The position numbers and the translations under genes were made by a program. A stretch of DNA of 63,640 nucleotides, counting the filler, from Phoronis australis (taxonomy: Eukaryota > Animalia > Phoronida), in the NCBI GenBank assembly GCA_002633005.1. It is 10 parts of 10 records of this genome, joined end to end, with 100 filler letters (N's around TTAATTAATTAA, not from the genome) between each part and the next. Parts side by side here need not be neighbours in the genome. Positions count along the whole stretch, not along the records: positions 59,702 to 62,374 come from NMRA01003507.1; positions 62,475 to 63,640 come from NMRA01001560.1; 8 more parts are not named here. One strand, written 5' to 3'. The notes below the pieces were generated by a model. It saw only the letters and a program-made list of their open reading frames with translations, did no database searches and was not told where the DNA came from. Positions 62,359-63,640 of the stretch are shown here, piece by piece (the first letter of the stretch is position 1; every line of letters begins with the position of its first letter).

Positions 62359-63640
62359 CTGAGAACACAAACGANNNNNNNNNNNNNNNNNNNNNNNNNN
62401 NNNNNNNNNNNNNNNNNNTTAATTAATTAANNNNNNNNNNNNNNNNNNNNNNNNNNNNNNNNNNNNNNNNNNNNGAAGTGACGAGTTCATGGGTTACTGT
62501 GTTGTTGCTCGTCTTTGACTGTGTTAAGTTTTGACTTTGCAATTGATATTGAACGTCAACAATTCCCAGTTGAATCCCAACCACATACCCTCATCCAATG
62601 AGAATTCTTCAGGTGCAGTTGACAACACTGACATTTGCCCGCTCTAACAAATTTACAATGCAATTCACGGAATATTTCCAAGTTTTTAGACCAATGCCGT
62701 AAAAGGCTTCTGCGCATGTCGCAAACTCATACCCAGAGTGCATTGCGCGGGATAACTATCCAAAAATGTCTATTACACGGAAAATTACGTGTTAGATGAG
62801 ACAAATACAACATAATTGAAATAAATATTTATTTTATAGTACGACACAATGTACAGAAGTTCAGTTATCTGCTTTGAAATGCGAACATCTATTTACATTT
62901 AACTTTGCTTTTACGCGTGCGCATTGGTTCTGTTTTGCCCGGCCATATTTGAATTTTGTGGTGAGTTGTTTTCGAATTTGTTTTGCTTACATTCTTGATT
63001 TTATTCGTTAGTGTACTCGTTCCTGCTGTTACAGATACTGGGAATGGTAGAATATAACGTTCCTGATTTAGGGAACCAGTTTCGTCCTCAGAACAGTTGA
63101 ATGGCGAACCCAGCGTTAATCAGCTGTTCATCCAGCAGAGCAGAGACAACAGGTTCACAAAACGGAGGATTTCTCCCGATCGAGTGAATTCTCCCGATTC
63201 GGAGAAAAAAATTTTCTAGATCTGGAAATATTTCCCAACTTTCCCCACTTCCACAACAGGGGGAACAAATTTCACTAAGTGTTTAGCAGGAAAAATTTAT
63301 CAATCGGGGAAATTAAAGTTAGTCACCATTGACTGCGATTGACATTAATACAGAGTGCGAAAATTACAAGTAGTACTACGTCAGGATTGACCGCGGAAAT
63401 TAAAAATTGACCAAGTAAGTTTGGTTTGACAGATTAATCTCCTCTTTTCTGCTCTTGCTAAAGGCCATAATCTGACAGTGCTATGTAAACCGATAACCAT
63501 ACTCCATAGTAGAATCTAACCAAGTAACTCTGGAGTTCTGAATAGTAGTAGGAAATGACCATCGCCTCTGTTGGCCCGAAGCAGAGGCGATGTAGAGGCT
63601 ATAGGCGCTCTGTACGCCGGAAGCTTTTCGGCGAATTATG

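Noticed and set aside
63061-63140. Minus-strand TGAGGACGAAAC resembling half a hammerhead ribozyme
   Set aside because: The required upstream CUGANGA core and stem II partner are absent.

Overview
This window is not one locus. It is ten unrelated animal genomic contigs joined by an artificial 100-nt linker (44 N + TTAATTAATTAA + 44 N) at 5811, 12051, 22676, 30233, 43756, 46967, 49719, 59602 and 62375. The source is probably a marine invertebrate: AT-rich, GT-AG introns, transposon-dense. Host genes are mostly partial: a cadherin exon, the last two exons of a GH18 chitinase with an unusual C-terminal Cys module, exon 1 of a monoamine-oxidase-like gene, two TRPM2/NUDT9-H exons, five PKHD1L1-like exons, one SLC38A7/8-like exon, and one complete intronless class A GPCR. 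Mobile DNA includes a three-exon THAP-DDE (ISL2EU-type) transposase with an open frame, two Kolobok-like THAP derivatives (one a fold-back), a Sola3-like remnant, three LINE remnants, two solo LTRs, several MITE families and Helentron-like (HINE) repeats. No CRISPR array, rRNA or functional tRNA was seen. I cannot demonstrate a new biological system. The best leads are the fold-back Kolobok, the HINE arrays of CTCF-like motifs, the chitinase C-terminal module and a structured, HDV-ribozyme-like intronic segment. All family assignments come from motif recognition by eye, not from database searches.
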